Of a stretch of 64,000 nt of DNA, positions 62,025 to 64,000 are shown one piece after another. The stretch's first letter is position 1. Each line of letters opens with the position of its first letter. Made by a program: the position numbers and the translations under genes. Below the pieces are notes generated by a model. That model was not told the DNA's origin. It saw nothing but the letters and a program-made list of their open reading frames with translations, and did not search any database. Source of the DNA: Callorhinchus milii. Taxonomy: Eukaryota. Where the stretch lies: NCBI RefSeq assembly GCF_018977255.1, contig NW_024704743.1, positions 60,824,001 through 60,888,000 of the forward strand. The letters are read 5' to 3'.

Positions 62025-62151
62025 GAGCCTCAGCTGCCAAAGGATAACACTTCATAAGAATTTATTTTTCTCTTACGTCTTCAACTCGGTCTTTACAATC
62101 ATCCAGCTCATGGCAGTGGCTAATGACAAGGACGTCGTCTCCCGAAACCCT
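62025..62151 (+). CDS. CALCR: Calcitonin receptor coding exon 6 (ICL1-TM2-ECL1: [43 protein letters not shown])
   Basis: Acceptor tgtttccccctcAG, donor GTAAGT; 127 nt, phase 2->0. LxCxRxxLHxNLF class B motif. Later exons lie beyond the window. Confidence 0.97.
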
Positions 62152-62401
62152 GTAAGTGTTAAAGGATTCTGAATGCTGGAGGCAAAAGAAAAAATGAGGC
62201 TCATCTCTCCAGCAAATACGGGATCGAAAAGCTTACTTGTAGGCTTAAGACCATTGCCTTGAACTATAAGATTGTGCAGAATTTTGGAAAACTGTCTTGA
62301 ATTCTGCTGACATTCAGAAGCTTTCTGCAATTCATTTTAGGTGTTGTGAAAAATTGTCTTCCAAATTAAGATTGAATTTAAGACAATTTCCCACGGTAAC
62401 C

Positions 62402-62580
62402 TTGATGGACTAGTGGATAGAGCTGCAGCTTATAAATCAGGAACTCACTGGTTCAAATCCCAGTCTGTCCGGAGTTCGCTGGTCTCAGCCTGGGCTGCAT
62501 GAGGTCAGGGAGAGAAGTTAAATTTGCCTCCGGCTTTCCCAGTGTTACGGAGAAACACACACAGGATTCCAGCTCTTGGT
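62402..62580 (+). mobile_element. Ancient tRNA-headed SINE, 5' part
   Basis: A box tggactagtgg, B box ggttcaaatcc, then gctggtctcagcc as in the 35630 copy. Confidence 0.5.
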
Positions 62581-63317
62581 TCCTTTTCAACACCCTTTAC
62601 TGCTTATGTGTGTTTGTGGCGTGCCGACATTTACTACCAAGACCCGTACATGAACATTAGCTAATTGCATGGGGTGTTGGAGGAAAACCAGCATCCATGG
62701 AACCTTGCCCCAGAAAAAGGAAGCCAGACCAAGAGAGGCACGTTGTGCCAGTGGGGAGAAAATTATAATAAAATAATTGGGCACATTTTTTAAAAAAAAA
62801 GATAGTTCCAAGATTTCACACGACTACATTGAAATTTTAAGCCTAAGAACTTTTGGGCCCCTCATTAATAATTAGAAACATATGCACAGAATTTCCCTTT
62901 ATCAGGCTGTGTTCAATCAAGGTATACTATTAGCTTTATGACCCACAGGAGCCTGCGATGGAATGGCATAGTTTAGTTCACGCAAGACTTTAATCCAGTT
63001 TCATTTTTACAAGACTCCAGTGTAAACAGTTAAAGCATTCTGATGGAAATGCAGTGGAAAAGTCAAAATGTCAACCTTCATTTGAGTGAATCTAGGTCAG
63101 CGTAAACACAATATATTGGCACCAGCCAGTTTATGTTGTGCATTATTTATACCTTAAAGTACAGGATCCACTTGATGTAAATAAGTGCCATAAAAAAANC
63201 TATGGCTTATTTGGGGAGGGAGAAGAAACAGGATATTCTGTGTCAATTTTGACATGACTCCTTCATTTGAAGGTAATGTGTTGATACTTCAGCATTATTG
63301 ATGTTCACAAACTTTTC

Positions 63318-63545
63318 TTCCACCTCACAGTGTGAGACAGATATTTCTTCTCCCAGCTCACAGTATTACAACAACAACTTGCATTTATGTAGTGCCCCTC
63401 ATGCAGGGTAGTCTCCCAGCGCACTAACATCTGTATTAGATAGATGTTTGTGCTCCAGTCTGCAATGTGAGACAGATGTTAGTACTTCCCAGCTCACAAC
63501 GAGACAAATATTAGTGCTCCTTGGCCCATAATGTGAGATAGATCT
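63318..63545 (+). repeat. Second cluster of the ~35-bp gtgagacagat...cccagctcaca repeat, with an L2 tail inserted
   Basis: Units visible at about 63330, 63465, 63500 and 63530. Confidence 0.7.
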
Positions 63546-63627
63546 TTACAACATCTCAGCTGGTTGGAGTAAATTGTTGTCAGAAATATTCAGAAAAACA
63601 TAATTTATACAAACTGTTTAAAGCATG

Positions 63628-63977
63628 TCAAATCCATTCACTCCCTGGCACCTCCCTACCTCTCTGACCTCCTCACTCCCCAATCCATCCCCCGGCGCCT
63701 CTGCTTGACTGGCACCGGCCTCCTGCTTGTCCCTTTCACCTTCCTCCCCAACATCGGAGGTCACGCTTTCAGCCACTATATCCCAAAACTCTGGAACACT
63801 CCCTCAATCCCTCCAACTCTCCCCTCTTTCAAGTCGTGCCTGAAAATCTTCCTCTTTGACAGTGCGTACGGCCACCGCCCCACTCCCCCCGGATCAGAGA
63901 CAGGCTCTGCCGCTGTTAAGTGCGCTGAGACGCTACCCTGTGTGGAGGGCGCTATATAAGTGCAAATTGTTGTTGTA
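63628..63977 (+). mobile_element. L2 LINE 3' fragment
   Basis: GG.AFSHY.PKLWN remnant, ending gctatataagtgcaaa(ttg)n. Confidence 0.85.
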
Positions 63978-64000
63978 AGGTTCTTTAACAGGGAATTTTG

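Noticed and set aside
63326..63355. V(D)J recombination signal heptamer CACAGTG
   Set aside because: No nonamer at 12 or 23 bp spacing; it is part of the local 35-bp repeat.

Overview
Repeat-rich vertebrate genomic DNA, most likely from a cartilaginous fish and probably a chimaera. This is inferred from the mix of tRNA/Deu-type SINEs with (TTA)n tails, L2 LINEs with (TTG)n tails, CR1 LINEs and Penelope-type fragments. The only host gene I can support is the 5' half of a calcitonin receptor gene (CALCR, class B1 GPCR) on the + strand. Six coding exons (44390-44440, 53195-53354, 53436-53546, 53910-54022, 56205-56296, 62025-62151) have canonical GT-AG sites and compatible phases. They splice into 654 nt / 218 codons: [218 protein letters not shown]. 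The gene continues past the window end. The remainder is intronic or upstream DNA full of SINE/LINE fragments, two probable solo LTRs, MITE-like relics and a decayed Harbinger-like transposase. I cannot establish a new biological system. The most unusual signals are: (i) recurrent locally templated inverted duplications (a perfect 55-bp pair, a 204-bp pair with templated junction pieces, and several small foldbacks); (ii) two composite retroelement insertions bounded by target-site duplications, one carrying Penelope hammerhead relics; (iii) a few unexplained hairpins; (iv) the apparent absence of miR-489 from its usual CALCR intron. Repeat boundaries are approximate and family names come from recognition by eye, not from database searches.
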